64,000 bases of DNA from Microthyrium microscopicum (lineage: Eukaryota). Shown in pieces: positions 13,923-28,075 of the stretch (position 1 is the first letter of the stretch; each line of letters begins with the position of its first letter). The stretch spans positions 1,561,345 to 1,625,344 of the forward strand of contig MU004237.1 in NCBI GenBank assembly GCA_010405405.1, given 5' to 3'. A program made the translations under genes and the position numbers. The notes beneath the pieces were generated by a model that was given only the letters and a program-made list of their open reading frames with translations, searched no databases and was not told the DNA's origin.

Positions 13923-15425
13923 ATGCTCGGAACTCACGATAAGAGCTCGTTTACTCTTATCAGCCTTTTGATCACCAAAGCATTGGCCCAATCTTCTTGC
14001 AGCATTCCAACTTCAACTGCCAAATACCCTGCACCTTCCCTGGCATCTGGATATACTGCTCGAATAATCGCCAATGGCTTCCAACGACCGCGGAGCATCA
14101 TCTTTGATTCCGAAGGTCATCTCCTAGTCGTCGAGGCTGGTAAAGGCATCACAGCCTTAACACTGAACGACGCTGGTGGCTCATGCATCGGTATATCCAG
14201 CAAAGCCACTGTTATAGCCGACACTTCTCTCAATCATGGCATCGAAATGTCTCCAGACGGCACAACGCTATATGCCAGCAACTCAGACAAAGCCATGCGC
14301 TGGGCATATGACCCCAAAGCCACAAAAACAAATGGCAATGCCACCATTCTCGTCCAAGGCATGGACAACTCCGACCATACAACACGAACAATCCTACTAA
14401 GCAAAAAGGTCAACAACACCCTGCTCATCAGCCGCGGCTCCAACGAAAACATCGACGCCATTGCCGCCGATATCAATTCTGGCCATTCCCAAATCCGCTC
14501 CTTTGACATTGGAGGCGACACGAACTCACTCAACTATGCCACCGAAGGTACCCGTCTCGGCTGGGGTCTCCGCAACAGCGTCGGTGTCGCCGAACATCCC
14601 GCCAGTGGCGGCATTTACTCTGTCGAGAACAGCGCTGATAATGTGGACCGCGACAAGGAGGACATTCATAACAACAACCCTGGCGAGGAGATGAACTTTC
14701 ACGGTTACCTCAATGGCACTAAAGCCAATCCTGATGTGCAAGGCGGCAACTACGGCTATCCAAACTGCTACGCGGCATGGAATGTCAGCGAGATACCGCA
14801 AGCAGGCACTCTCCAAACCGGCTCACAATTCGAAATCGGTGATACCATCAATGACAAAAACTGTTCCTCTCCCATCATTTCACCAACACTTACGTTTCCT
14901 GCTCATTGGGCGCCGCTGGACATGAAGTTCAACAAAGCAGGCAGCGTCGCCTGGATAACAAGTCATGGAAGCTGGCAAGTTTATTCCCATCTAGACTACC
15001 CTTGAAGCTAATTGACACTCCTTAGGAATCGCCAACCACCATCCGGCTATCTTCTCTACGCCGTCCCCTTCACCACCAGCGGAGAACCAATCGCCTCCTC
15101 AAACTCAACAAACTCCTGGCAAACCATCATGTCCAACCCCGACAACACCAAATGCCCCGGCAGTTGTTTCCGGCCCGTCGGACTAGCTTTTGATTCTAAA
15201 GGCCGACTATTCATGACGAGCGATGCGACGGGCGAGATTTACGTGATTACGGCAACTAATGGCACAGGCGTAGATACTGCGTCGATTGCTGTGGATGGCA
15301 GTGATGCTGGTGGACATTCAGGATCTGGATCTGGAGCGAAGACGGGCGAGGCAAGCACCGGAGGTGTCAATCTTGCGCTGGTGTGCGGTATTTGGGCACT
15401 CATGATGTTTTTTGAGACGGGATAG
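13923..15425 (+). CDS. Secreted, probably GPI-anchored PQQ-dependent sugar/sorbosone dehydrogenase (AA12-like beta-propeller); GC-AG intron 14975-15025
   Basis: Signal-like N-terminus. Motifs HTTRTILL, GLRNSVG, ENSAD, NNPGEEMNF, NYGYPNC, HWAPLD, spliced HGSWNR..PSGY and FRPVGLAFDSKGRLFMTSD. Gly/Ser linker plus hydrophobic C-terminus. Confidence 0.85.
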
Positions 15426-16746
15426 GATCGGTATCTTGGGAAGGGGTAATGATGTTATGGTAATATTTTGTCGATAATGTAATCAAAATTGCCTTTAGGG
15501 GCTATGGCAACGAATATGTATTGTATCAGTTTCTTCGGCAATTGAAGACTACCATAAGCGATATTCATATCAGTTGAGGAAAGCGTTACTTTGAGATAAT
15601 GTGCTCTGGCCATATTGCGTAATATGCTTGCGCTGGTCTTCAAGAGACCTTCTAAACCTGTTCACCTCGAAGCGCGCAGCGAATTCGATTCGGTATGATA
15701 TATGTAGACTTGCAGCGTTCTTCGCTCTGTCTATAAAGCGTAATGCTCGGAATGAAAATGTTCAGTTTCGAATATGCTTTGTTCTTGCTCGAGAGGCAAG
15801 TACCTGTGTTGATGACTACCGCCTGCTAAGCTTGTTCATCTCGAACCGCATATGGAATGCGATTCGATCTGATTTACATCGCGTGAAAGCCGCATATTTT
15901 CTGTTCATAAGACGTTATGCTTGTTGGTGAATATGTCTACCATCGAATACGCTTTGTCCTTGCTCCGATAGATGATATTGGTTACCGGGTATGGATATAT
16001 GATTCACTGTTACGCGGTTTCCTGAATGCGCAGCGTTACCTGCTGTTCAGGGCTCTTGATGACTCGTATGGCCGTCGATATACTGGCTCCGGTAACTCAG
16101 AAGTATCGGAGTCTGAGAAGCACCAGATTACGAGAGGTAGGGTAGAGTAGAATTTGAGAGGCACTAGAAAAGACAGACCAGAACTTCAACACCACCAGAA
16201 ATTTGAACCTACACCAGAATCTCCCAGGCACGCTAGGAGAGGCACTCTAGAATCTCGGGAGCATTATCAGATGGGAGCATGCGAAAATTAGGAGCCCAAC
16301 AAAACTTTAGAGGCGCCACGCCCAGAATTTTGAGCAATACACTAGAACATGAGAGTCACAGCAGATTATCTAAGCACGGCAGAATCTTGAAGGCACCACG
16401 CCTAGAGTTTGAGCAGTACACCAGACATGAGAGGCACGCTGAAAGCCCAGGAGCACTATCTTAGAAGCCAGCGCTATAATCTTTGAAGCTGGAAATACTT
16501 AGGAGCTCTCAGAGGTTAAGAGCACATCAGAAGATGAACACCAGGGTAGAATTTGGGCAGCTCACCAGAATTTGAAGACCACACCAGAACACGAACACCA
16601 GGGTAGGATTTGAACTCCACCACAGAATTTGAACACCATATTAGAATCTTAGAAGCATGTCAGAAGCACACTAGAATCTCAGGGGCATACCCGAGTCTTA
16701 GGAGTACTAGATTTCTAAGAGCACTATGTAGAATTCGAGCTGAAGA

Positions 16747-16877
16747 CCCACAGCAGAACATTGCACCCACAGCAGAACATTGCACCCACAGCAGAACATT
16801 GCACCCACAGCAGAACATTGCACCCACAGCAGAACATTGCACCCACAGCAGAACATTGCTCCCACAGCAGAACATTG
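16747..16877. repeat. 19-bp minisatellite (CCCACAGCAGAACATTGCA) x ~7
   Basis: Units start at 16747, 16766, 16785, 16804, 16823, 16842 and 16861; the sixth has one substitution and the last is truncated. Confidence 0.95.
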
Positions 16878-17918
16878 AACTTACACCAGAGGCTCAGAGG
16901 CATACTGGAAGTATCAGACCATTTGAGCACTACAGCCTTGGAGGCCAGAATCCTAGCAGCAAGGATATAATCATATGAGAGCAGCAGAAGTTCACATCCA
17001 CTATAGTACCTGGAATCTGGGCAGCACTAGATTTCAAGAAGAGGCTAGAATTTGGACACCCCGTTGTGAAAAGACTTTCTCCCAAGCTGTATAGCTCCCA
17101 ATCACAAACTCTCGAAGTCCTAGTCTGTGGTGGCTGCTCCTCCAAATAACTCAATGGCGAGCGTCCTATTCATAATCTGAAGCCTTAGCTCCATAACCAC
17201 GTCAATCTTCAATGCTGCCTATCCCATTGACTCCGCCATTCAGAATCTAAAGCCTGCTCAGAAAGCTAACACTACATATATTCACAGCAGAATGGGTAAC
17301 CTTCAACCTGTTGATTCACTGAGCCCATTGTCAACACCCAACACTCTTCCCAATATGGCAATGAGAACACAGCACAATTACGCAGATGAGAAAGAACTGG
17401 ACCTATGGAAAAGTGTGCTCTATCCGAAAGTCGTAATAACGACTGTAATCCCATTATACAAACACCTTTTCATTTCTAAAAACCTCCCAGGCTAGAATAT
17501 CTCCGCTCCACAACCCAAGAGCTTCGTTTTCCAACTTGCTGCGTCTGATTTGGAGGTCGTAACATCAGTATTGCAAAATCATTCTTATCTTACATTTTTC
17601 CCAACTGCCAGACAGACTAATGGCCTAAGTCCCGGGCAGCTTCCATCCAGCATATCAATCAACATTCATCGTTAACTCTGAATACTGAATAGCTGACAGA
17701 CCCTCGAACCATCCTTCCATCTTTAGCTCTCCAGGGTTTTGGTGCTGGTATAAAGCATTTTGGATTTCTCCTCCAGAATGTCTTCATCGTCGCATCACAA
17801 CCATTTCCCAGCTTTGACAAAGTACTTGACTTCTCGTCCAGAAACCAAAAGCTTGCCCATTCCCTTCCCTCTAAAGAGCGAAAACATCTCGCTCAGATCC
17901 AATCTCTACATCTCCACC

Positions 17919-19448
17919 ATGTCTCCATCCAACACCAATGCGGTAACTCGTTACCGTTCCCGACGAGCTTCTAATACAGGAGTGGCGTTCAATAAACTGC
18001 CTGCGGAAGTAAGTCTTTCCACATGTTTTCTCATGTATTCCTACTAATAGAAATAGCTGACTCAAATGATTGCGGACAACTTGGGTGACGAAGACCTGCG
18101 AGCCTTCAATGCCACCTGCGTAGCTACATACGGTCCTCTTCAGGATCCTACATTCTGGCGCGTTCGCTTTCTGGGAACCTTCGATGATCCACGTCAGACT
18201 GGCCAGTTACTTCCTCGAGCGGGCTGGCAGAAGGCGTACCAAGTTCGTCAAGCGTATCTGAGCCCACCTACCCGATTCAACGCCAATGCTGCTGCCGACA
18301 ACAACCAGACTATGCTCATCCATGCTCTGCGCGCAGTCATCACCCAAGCCACTCCTAAGTCCTCCAATGGAGGCTCCAAGAACTTGCAACGTTTGGCAGA
18401 GTTTGCGCAGACTTCTCCTACGATGGCTGAGTTGTACATGATGCCTTCGGAGCGTCAGATGTCCAGCCACCCTGCTGTCAATTCTTCCGCTGTACGCAAT
18501 GTCAAGCGAGACTACTACGCTGTGATCCTTTGCTTGGCCTCACATCTCCTCAGCCTCAATTGGTTCACCGGTTGCTCCATCTACGGATTTCCGGAGTCCC
18601 AAAAGTTCGTCTATGCCTCAGTTGCCCAAGCGCCAGTCTTTGATGCCAATGGTTCCGTGAATCTTGAATGGTGTGCTCATGTGCTGAATTTCTTTCGCAT
18701 GCACATCACCGACAACAAGCACCAGACTCTCTACAACAGCTACTCTCATCTCAATGATGATGAGATCCCACAGATGACCAACCAGAAGTTGACCAATGAT
18801 ATGCCGCTGGCCAAAGTCTGGAAAGGCAGCTACGCCTTCATCGACCGCGACGAATGTGATCGTAGCCGTCAACTCAAACCTCGCACCGAAGACTACGCCG
18901 ATCAGAACTTGGACAACGAAGAGCCCATTCAAACCATGAAGCTCTTCAGACCATCATCCCAGCGTTGCAACGATTTCAATCACGCCATCTTTGAGCACGT
19001 TTTGAACTCTTTCGGAACATCCTCTGCGATCCTACCACCACAATCTCAGCCTCAGCATTTCGGTCCAGGCCCAGCACGCCAACAGCCTCAGCATTTTGGT
19101 CCTCCACGCGCCAAGAAGATGCACCACGCTGGTAGCTATCCCATTGAGGGCCTCGGCTGGGACGACGAAGAGTTCTACTGTACTGGCTACGTCAATCCAC
19201 TGCCACCACAGCGTGGTATACCAGGATGGAAACGCATGACTATGATGAAGTACTTCATTGACCAATGGGGCCAGATTAACACTGGGGCCCTATGGGCGTA
19301 CGAAGGCGTCGTATTGCCAGGTTCTCAAATGGTTCTGGGCCGCTGGTGGTCTCATGAGGGTGTTCCGCTTGATCAACAGTATTCTGGCCCTTTCATTCTG
19401 TGGGGTGTGGATGCTTCTTGGGATCCTACAGAGGCTGCTGTAAGTTGA
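17919..19448 (+). CDS. Fungal F-box domain protein; intron 18009-18056
   Basis: Splicing (GTAAGT...TACTAAT...TAG) gives FNKLPAE-LTQMIADNLGDEDLRAFNATC, an F-box pattern. C-terminal domain has GWKRMTMMKY...WAYEGVVLPG...GRWW. Confidence 0.8.
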
Positions 19449-20065
19449 TATGCTTTCCTGTTTTGTTCTCGTTCTGACTTTCTTGTTTCAGTGGTGTGGT
19501 GATCACCGTGGTCTTGCTCCTGCTTAACCTACTGACAACTTCCTGTTCAAGCGACTGTCTTCCTCGGATGCGGCGATTCTGGCTCCTTTGCCATTGGTCC
19601 AACTTCGCTCTGTTCTTGCGACCTGACGGTCAAATTCTAGCCTGCGCGTCTCTTTTCCACTGTCTTGTTGTTCGATGACCTTGTGTTTGGCATCATTCGT
19701 TCAAGTCTTTGGTTCTGCTCTATATGCCACCACCACGACTTCTCAGTCAGGTACCGGCTCATGTTATTTTCTGATTTTGTTTAAAATGTTTCGAAGGTAA
19801 CGGTCATGAACCTTTTGTTCCATCTTGGTCTCTGGAAAGGCTTTTTCACTGCCTGGCGATGGATCTTGATGGGCTCATTGTTGTTACCTTATTGTTGGCT
19901 GCGGCTGAAAAGTTTAGTTATACGAAATAGAGAATGGATCACTCCACCAAAACTTGCTGCGTCAATTGTGATACTGCTGCGATGTCGTTGGTGTTGAAGG
20001 CATGGAGTTAGACGTGGTTGGGAGTGTTAAAATGCCGTCTGCTGTCACTGGTGTTGGCGTACTGA

Positions 20066-22563
<2,498 letters not shown>

Positions 22564-23216
22564 TTAGTGGACGAAGCAATAAGCCATTGGTAGGCTTGTC
22601 ACATAATGTTAATGAGAGTATGAAATAGAGGAATTGATCACATGGCCTATATCTTGATGGCATATCGCCAATTGATCATTGCTGGTAGCACGACGATTGA
22701 ACTCTTCTCTTCAGTGGGGCATTTTCATGTATTTGCTATCTGATGATCATGTTACTCTGATATAGTGTTGGTTGTGTGACTAGTTGCGTAACAGCTACGA
22801 TTGTGATACCTTAATCCAACTTCAGTCTACCAGTGAACATCGTATGATTATATTGACATCACGTACGAAGGCAGTAAGATGTAAGTAGAGCATTCACAAG
22901 TCTAGTATATTCGCTAAGCGCGCCTTGTAGAGTTTCAATTTTGTTGGAGCGTCGGTGGGAGCTAAACAGACTGATCGGGTTGTGTATTCACTATTTCCAT
23001 CATCATTGGTGGTAATGGTCTGCATACTTGCCAGTACTCATCAACCGAAGATTTACTAGCTTAGAGAGAGTACGACAATACCCTTGCGGTTTGATTCTAA
23101 TGCCAGACTTGCTTATATACTTAAACCATTCCCATCACACCACTTTGGCTCAATCACCACTTAGGACTTCAACTAGTCCTACAAACCTATCGTTGAGACA
23201 CTTTATTAGAAAGAAC

Positions 23217-25353
23217 ATGATTCCATCTACTCTCATCCTTCCTCTGCTAGTGGGTTTCTTGAACGCCGTCGCGATTCCAGGTGAGTGGCCCATTGTTTAG
23301 CTGCCATTTCCAAGTACTAAGCATACTATAGATGGAGCCGGTGAACTTACTTCTCCTATTTCGTCTCTAGTCGAAGCACTCGAGCCTCCTGCCTGTGGGA
23401 TCAAGAATGCTCGTGCGTTCTTCAGTAGATATTTGGTTGAGGAATACTGATGTATGTCAGAGTGCTTAGAGCCACCGGATTACGTGTCATGCTGCGAAGA
23501 ATTCTTTTGTGCGGGCACACGCTGTCGAGATCCGCGTGATTTTGAGTTTAGTAAGTCAAGGCTGCTCGAGGGTTTGAATTTCCCCCTTATGATATGGCCA
23601 GAAAACGGTGTTCTCACCGCTCGCGATACATCGGATATTTCTCTCAAGGTCGTTGATAGCAAGGACGCTGAAACTGGTGGTAAGTTTCTGCGTTGATTAG
23701 CTCAATATTTGATATGAAGAATACTATGTGTGCACTGGCTTTTCTATAAAGGAAGCCTGTGTACGGCCAGTAGCTTTACTACTCTGCTGTTTATGAATCA
23801 AAAATGTTCACATGGTCCAAATCTCTCCTGTTTCTCTATCTCCCGGTAAGTGACCTATATGCTACTCACTTCAATACTACCTATCTCCCATGTCATATTC
23901 TCGAGCTACGAAGAATCACGTATGGCTAACTCATTTCAGATCATCCATAGCGACTTTGAAAATGCTGATTTGTCTCCAGTTATAGGTCGGATTGGGAAAC
24001 GAGATGATCAATCTGAAGCCCGCTGTGCTGCCGTGGGCGGTGAGTAGTATTACCACGACTATTCATTGTTCACTGTCTCATAGATTGCTAGATAGCTGCG
24101 CCGAAAAGTCTTGTTGCGGAGATTTGGTTTCCGCCACATGTCATTCGGAAAAGTCCGTATGTTTTCCTTCCGCTGATAGTACGAATGGTAAGATCTCCAC
24201 CAAGCGATAATCAGTATCTGGGGACTATTGCTTACCAGCTGACCTATAGCCGAAGGAGGAAGTCAAAGCATCGAGGCTCTTGTCGATCCTCCATCACCGA
24301 CGGAGCTGAGACCGACTATAACAAACGTAAAGCGAGACTGCGCACCACAGGGCCGTAGGTCACAACTTGCGAGCATTTGATCAAGCTGCTAAAAGTATCT
24401 GACTAGAGGACTGTCGAACATCAGCTTGTTGCAACCCAGCCAACATATGTGTACCGCGGATAAATGTTCGTAAAAGTCCATATGCTGTTCTATCAAGTAC
24501 TGACAGAGCTTAGGTGTGTCTGCCTCCGACTGATCCTGGTAGGTTGGCAAACTATACTACGGTTCGCATCGACTAATTATTCTCTTCCCAGGTCCCATGC
24601 TAGGAGAGCGAAGCGATGAGAGCTTCCGTGGCATGGAAGATGTAAGGTCGGAGACACGTCTCGTAGACCTCCCCTCAACCGATCCAAGTTAGTGGCCGTG
24701 TCGTTTTGAACAACATAATACTGAAAAGACCGTAGAGATTCCACCAGGCTGTAAGAAGAAGTGTCTACCCAGGTATCACTGCCTTCGTAAGTCTCCTCTC
24801 ATGCCAACATTTCCGAAGCTCTTCTCACGAAATTAGATGGTAAATGTATACCACCGCGTGCGATGCCCATGCAGAAGGATCTTTTGGCTTCAGATACCGG
24901 TGGTAAGTCAGACTTTTCTACGAGGGACAATTTTTGCTTAACAAGTCGAAGCAACCCAATGCAGCCCCTTCGTAACTTGTCCCCAAAATCAAATCTGGTG
25001 AGTTTGTCTCTCCACCCAAATGGTGGAAATCCATGACTCGAATACTTGTCCCAATGCCCCTCCACTTGTTCTCCTGAAAATGAGTAACCTTTGAATTCGT
25101 ACTAATGGTCTTCCAGCAGTCGAGGAAAGTGCATATATCTCCTAAAGAACAAAATCGATACCGGAGGTATGACACCCAATCGACAATGTTTTATCATCAA
25201 ATATCACACGCTCACTAACATTTCACAGAGATATCAAAGAGTCAACTTCTGGGTTGCTGGAGGAGTGGTGCACCATGTAATTTGAACCCTCAGGACTACT
25301 GTTGCTCTGGAATGTGCTATGGATTTACTGGGCAGCAGGCACACTGTGCATAG
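23217..25353 (+). CDS. Multi-exon secreted Cys-rich polyprotein: tandem knottin (ICK) and 4-Cys modules
   Basis: Hand-spliced exons 23217-23280, 23332-23412, 23461-23550, 23602-23679, 23752-23845, 23951-24039, 24092-24187, 24250-24354, 24407-24465, 24514-24538, 24592-24687, 24736-24786, 24837-24902, 24952-24997, 25117-25166, 25229-25353. All introns are GT-AG with compatible phases, and the model gives a signal peptide and repeated C-C-CC-C-C motifs. The junctions around exon 5 are the weakest. Confidence 0.8.
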
Positions 25354-25428
25354 GTTCCTTAAAAGTATTGAAATTTCACGATATTACTATTGAATATTGA
25401 GTATTGAGTACCGGTTTGACGGGTCTAT

Positions 25429-26445
25429 CTAACCTTGCGGATTCAGCACCATTTTGACACCGCTTAGTCCGCCGAAGCCTTTAGTTAGAGCGGCATCCAC
25501 ACCTGCCAAACCTCCGTTCACCTTTTCAATCGGGATGGGCTTCAATTTGTCTTCCGCAAGTGCTTTAGGTAGATAATCATTAGCCAGGTACTCCAGAAGG
25601 CTTTTATGCTCAGGCTCAGCAAGGATGGATGTATAAGGAGCAAAGTGTCTTGTGACACCCTCAGGTAGAGTCTCAGGACCAAATGGTGGCTGCAGTGTGT
25701 AGAGTGTACCACCTCCCTGAGCCTTGAGGACATCGGCTGTGATGTAAACAGTGCGACCGAGTGAGATAGTATCGACAACGAGCTGATATGGCCCTTCGGC
25801 AATGAGAGCTTCTCGAAGAGCATCTTCTGTTTGGGTGTGGTCGATCAGTTTCGCTGCCCCCAGTGTTGAGACGAAAGCTTCATGTTTGGGTGATGTGGTG
25901 CTGATGACTGTATATCCGGCCTGAGTTGCATATTGGATTGCTAGGCTGCCTACACTTGATGTGCCTCCATATATAAGCACTTTCTTCCCTTTGGCAGGCA
26001 CTTGCTCCAGTTTCGGTGAGTCTAGTCCAGCAGTCGCCGTAAGAATAGCTGCAACGGTCTTGAAGTTAATCATGACACTGGATGCAGCATCCATGCTGAC
26101 ATTATCTGGTAGTTTGATCGTGCTTTCGGCTTTGCTTAGTGCGTATAACTGATAGGCGCCATATTTGTTGCCTGGGCCACTACCGCTGGTGGCTACACGT
26201 TCTCCAACATGAAAGTTTGTCACATCAGAGCCAATGGCTTCGACTGTTCCGCCGAAAGAGAAGCCAAGGATGGCTGGATATTCGATTGGAAGGATGGCTA
26301 GGCGGGCGACTTTCCATTCTATAGGATTGAAGGCGATGGATGTGTTCTTGATGAGTAGCTCTTGAGGGCCGGGTGTGTATTTCTCGACTTCTTCTATCAC
26401 AAGTGGTGCTTTGGGTGTATGAATGATAGCTGCGCGATTAGACAT
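25429..26445 (-). CDS. Medium-chain dehydrogenase/reductase (enoyl-reductase-like, zinc-binding ADH superfamily)
   Basis: Intronless 338 aa. GroES-like AFNPIEWK...YPAILGFSFGGTVEAIG and Rossmann VLIYGGTSSVGSLAIQYA. Confidence 0.9.
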   Translation of the reverse strand: MSNRAAIIHTPKAPLVIEEVEKYTPGPQELLIKNTSIAFNPIEWKVARLAILPIEYPAILGFSFGGTVEAIGSDVTNFHVGERVATSGSGPGNKYGAYQLYALSKAESTIKLPDNVSMDAASSVMINFKTVAAILTATAGLDSPKLEQVPAKGKKVLIYGGTSSVGSLAIQYATQAGYTVISTTSPKHEAFVSTLGAAKLIDHTQTEDALREALIAEGPYQLVVDTISLGRTVYITADVLKAQGGGTLYTLQPPFGPETLPEGVTRHFAPYTSILAEPEHKSLLEYLANDYLPKALAEDKLKPIPIEKVNGGLAGVDAALTKGFGGLSGVKMVLNPQG

Positions 26446-27298
26446 GGCTGTTGGGAAGATGAGTACTGGAAGGTATATGAGATCTGAAGGTTAAATGACG
26501 AATTTACTGTGCAATGCAGGTACGGTGGGCAGTTCAGTGTATGAGAGGATTGTGATAAAAGAATTTCTCCTCAGCCTGACAGTACTTATATTCTCTTCGC
26601 GATGCTCACGATTGCTAATGGCTTGGGCGATAGCTGCTCGGCACTTGTGTCCACTTCCCGAATAGTCCCACGATCGGAAGGAGATAGATCCGTCTCACTG
26701 CTGGGTTTACTGGGTAAAACCGTAAGGCACTTTATTGTAAATGACAATATGATTCGTAATACGGCAGATATTGCAATCATGCTGCATACTTGGTGTTGAC
26801 GACGTGCCAGCCCCTAACTTTGAGGGCATCATGATGACAAATGTATCCTTTGGACACCCAAGGTGTTGTCAACTGCCTCGAAGCTGAGCTCATCATAGGA
26901 CGGCGGACTACAATGACAGTCACGCAAGTGTTTACCTTCAGTACGACTTCATTCAGCGGTTGTTGATCGTGACCACGCATGCAAAGGAGGACAGCACGAT
27001 GAAAAGGGGAGAGAACAATGAGCGCTAGTACAAATTAGGCAGCCAATTGCGAGCTGAATTGACAAACAACTCCATTCCATCATCGTCGCCCTTCAACTAT
27101 TTCGCGTTCATACTCCATCAAATTTTATTCATGCTGGTCAATCCTGCAGAATCTGGAAATCGCATACAAACTAGCAATTGCTTATCGCGTTTTTCAAGAA
27201 AGTTCGCCATTCACAGAAGCAACACGTGCACTGATCAAGGCACGTCTTCTCGTCTACATTCGCACTGCTTGAGCGTGGGATTACCACAAGACCTCTTC

Positions 27299-28075
27299 AT
27301 GATGTCGACTGGAGCACTGCAAGAAATTGAGGGCAGTACAGCAACTGGACCCTCGCGGCTAGGGTGCCAGTCGTCTGGCAACCGTGACCCTCTCAAACCA
27401 TTAACGACATTCTTCAGCTTACCACCAGAGCTCCGAGATATAATATATGAAGACGCTCTCTACAACCCAAATGGAATCAAATGCCCTCGTGTCCCCAAAG
27501 GCAGGAGACACGACACAGTCCCAGCAAAACTATACGAATGCTCATTATTCCCCAAACAAATGCTCCCTAACCTTCTATACGCAACACTTCAAGTTCGCCG
27601 AGAAGCCCTCCCTTTACTTTTCAAAGTCAACACTATTCTTCTCGTGGATCAACGGCCGAACTATGTGGACCTGATTACCCAGATGAGCTCAATCCTGGAC
27701 AAAGCCCAAGCTTGGAACATGGTTCAATCTCTCAAATACTGGTTTACCCGGAGTGAAGGGACAGTTGATGCCATGGTCGAATTTTTGTCGGCACTACCGA
27801 ATTTAAAGGAGGTTACTGTCGTCTTCAGTGCCTTTTCTTGTGGCCCTTTGATGGCTCCGGAGCGGTTTGTGAGCTGTAAATGTATCGATACGCTGATTGA
27901 GCTGCCCAATCTGAGACATATTGTTCTCGATAAGCTTGATAAAAACTCTTGCTACATGGACTTTACGGAAAGGGTGATGAGAGCTTTTAAATCGACTGCG
28001 GAACGAAGATCGAAAGGCAGAATTACAGTAGACATTATTGTGGGTGAAGGCCCATCGTATAGCTACCTCCTCTAG
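27299..28075 (+). CDS. Hypothetical protein with F-box-like N-terminal motif
   Basis: FFSLPPELRDIIYEDAL...LLYATLQVRREALPLLFKVN pattern typical of fungal F-box-like hypotheticals. The start ATG is chosen from the ORF 27047-28075. Confidence 0.65.
   Translation: MMSTGALQEIEGSTATGPSRLGCQSSGNRDPLKPLTTFFSLPPELRDIIYEDALYNPNGIKCPRVPKGRRHDTVPAKLYECSLFPKQMLPNLLYATLQVRREALPLLFKVNTILLVDQRPNYVDLITQMSSILDKAQAWNMVQSLKYWFTRSEGTVDAMVEFLSALPNLKEVTVVFSAFSCGPLMAPERFVSCKCIDTLIELPNLRHIVLDKLDKNSCYMDFTERVMRAFKSTAERRSKGRITVDIIVGEGPSYSYLL

Noticed and set aside
16747..16877. Regular repeat array as a possible CRISPR
   Set aside because: Units are head-to-tail with no unique spacers, there are no cas genes, and the context is eukaryotic.
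23217..28075. Knottin precursor plus neighbours as a dikaritin-type RiPP cluster
   Set aside because: No DUF3328/UstYa oxidase, tyrosinase or similar tailoring gene is visible, and the modules are disulfide-rich rather than short repeated cores.
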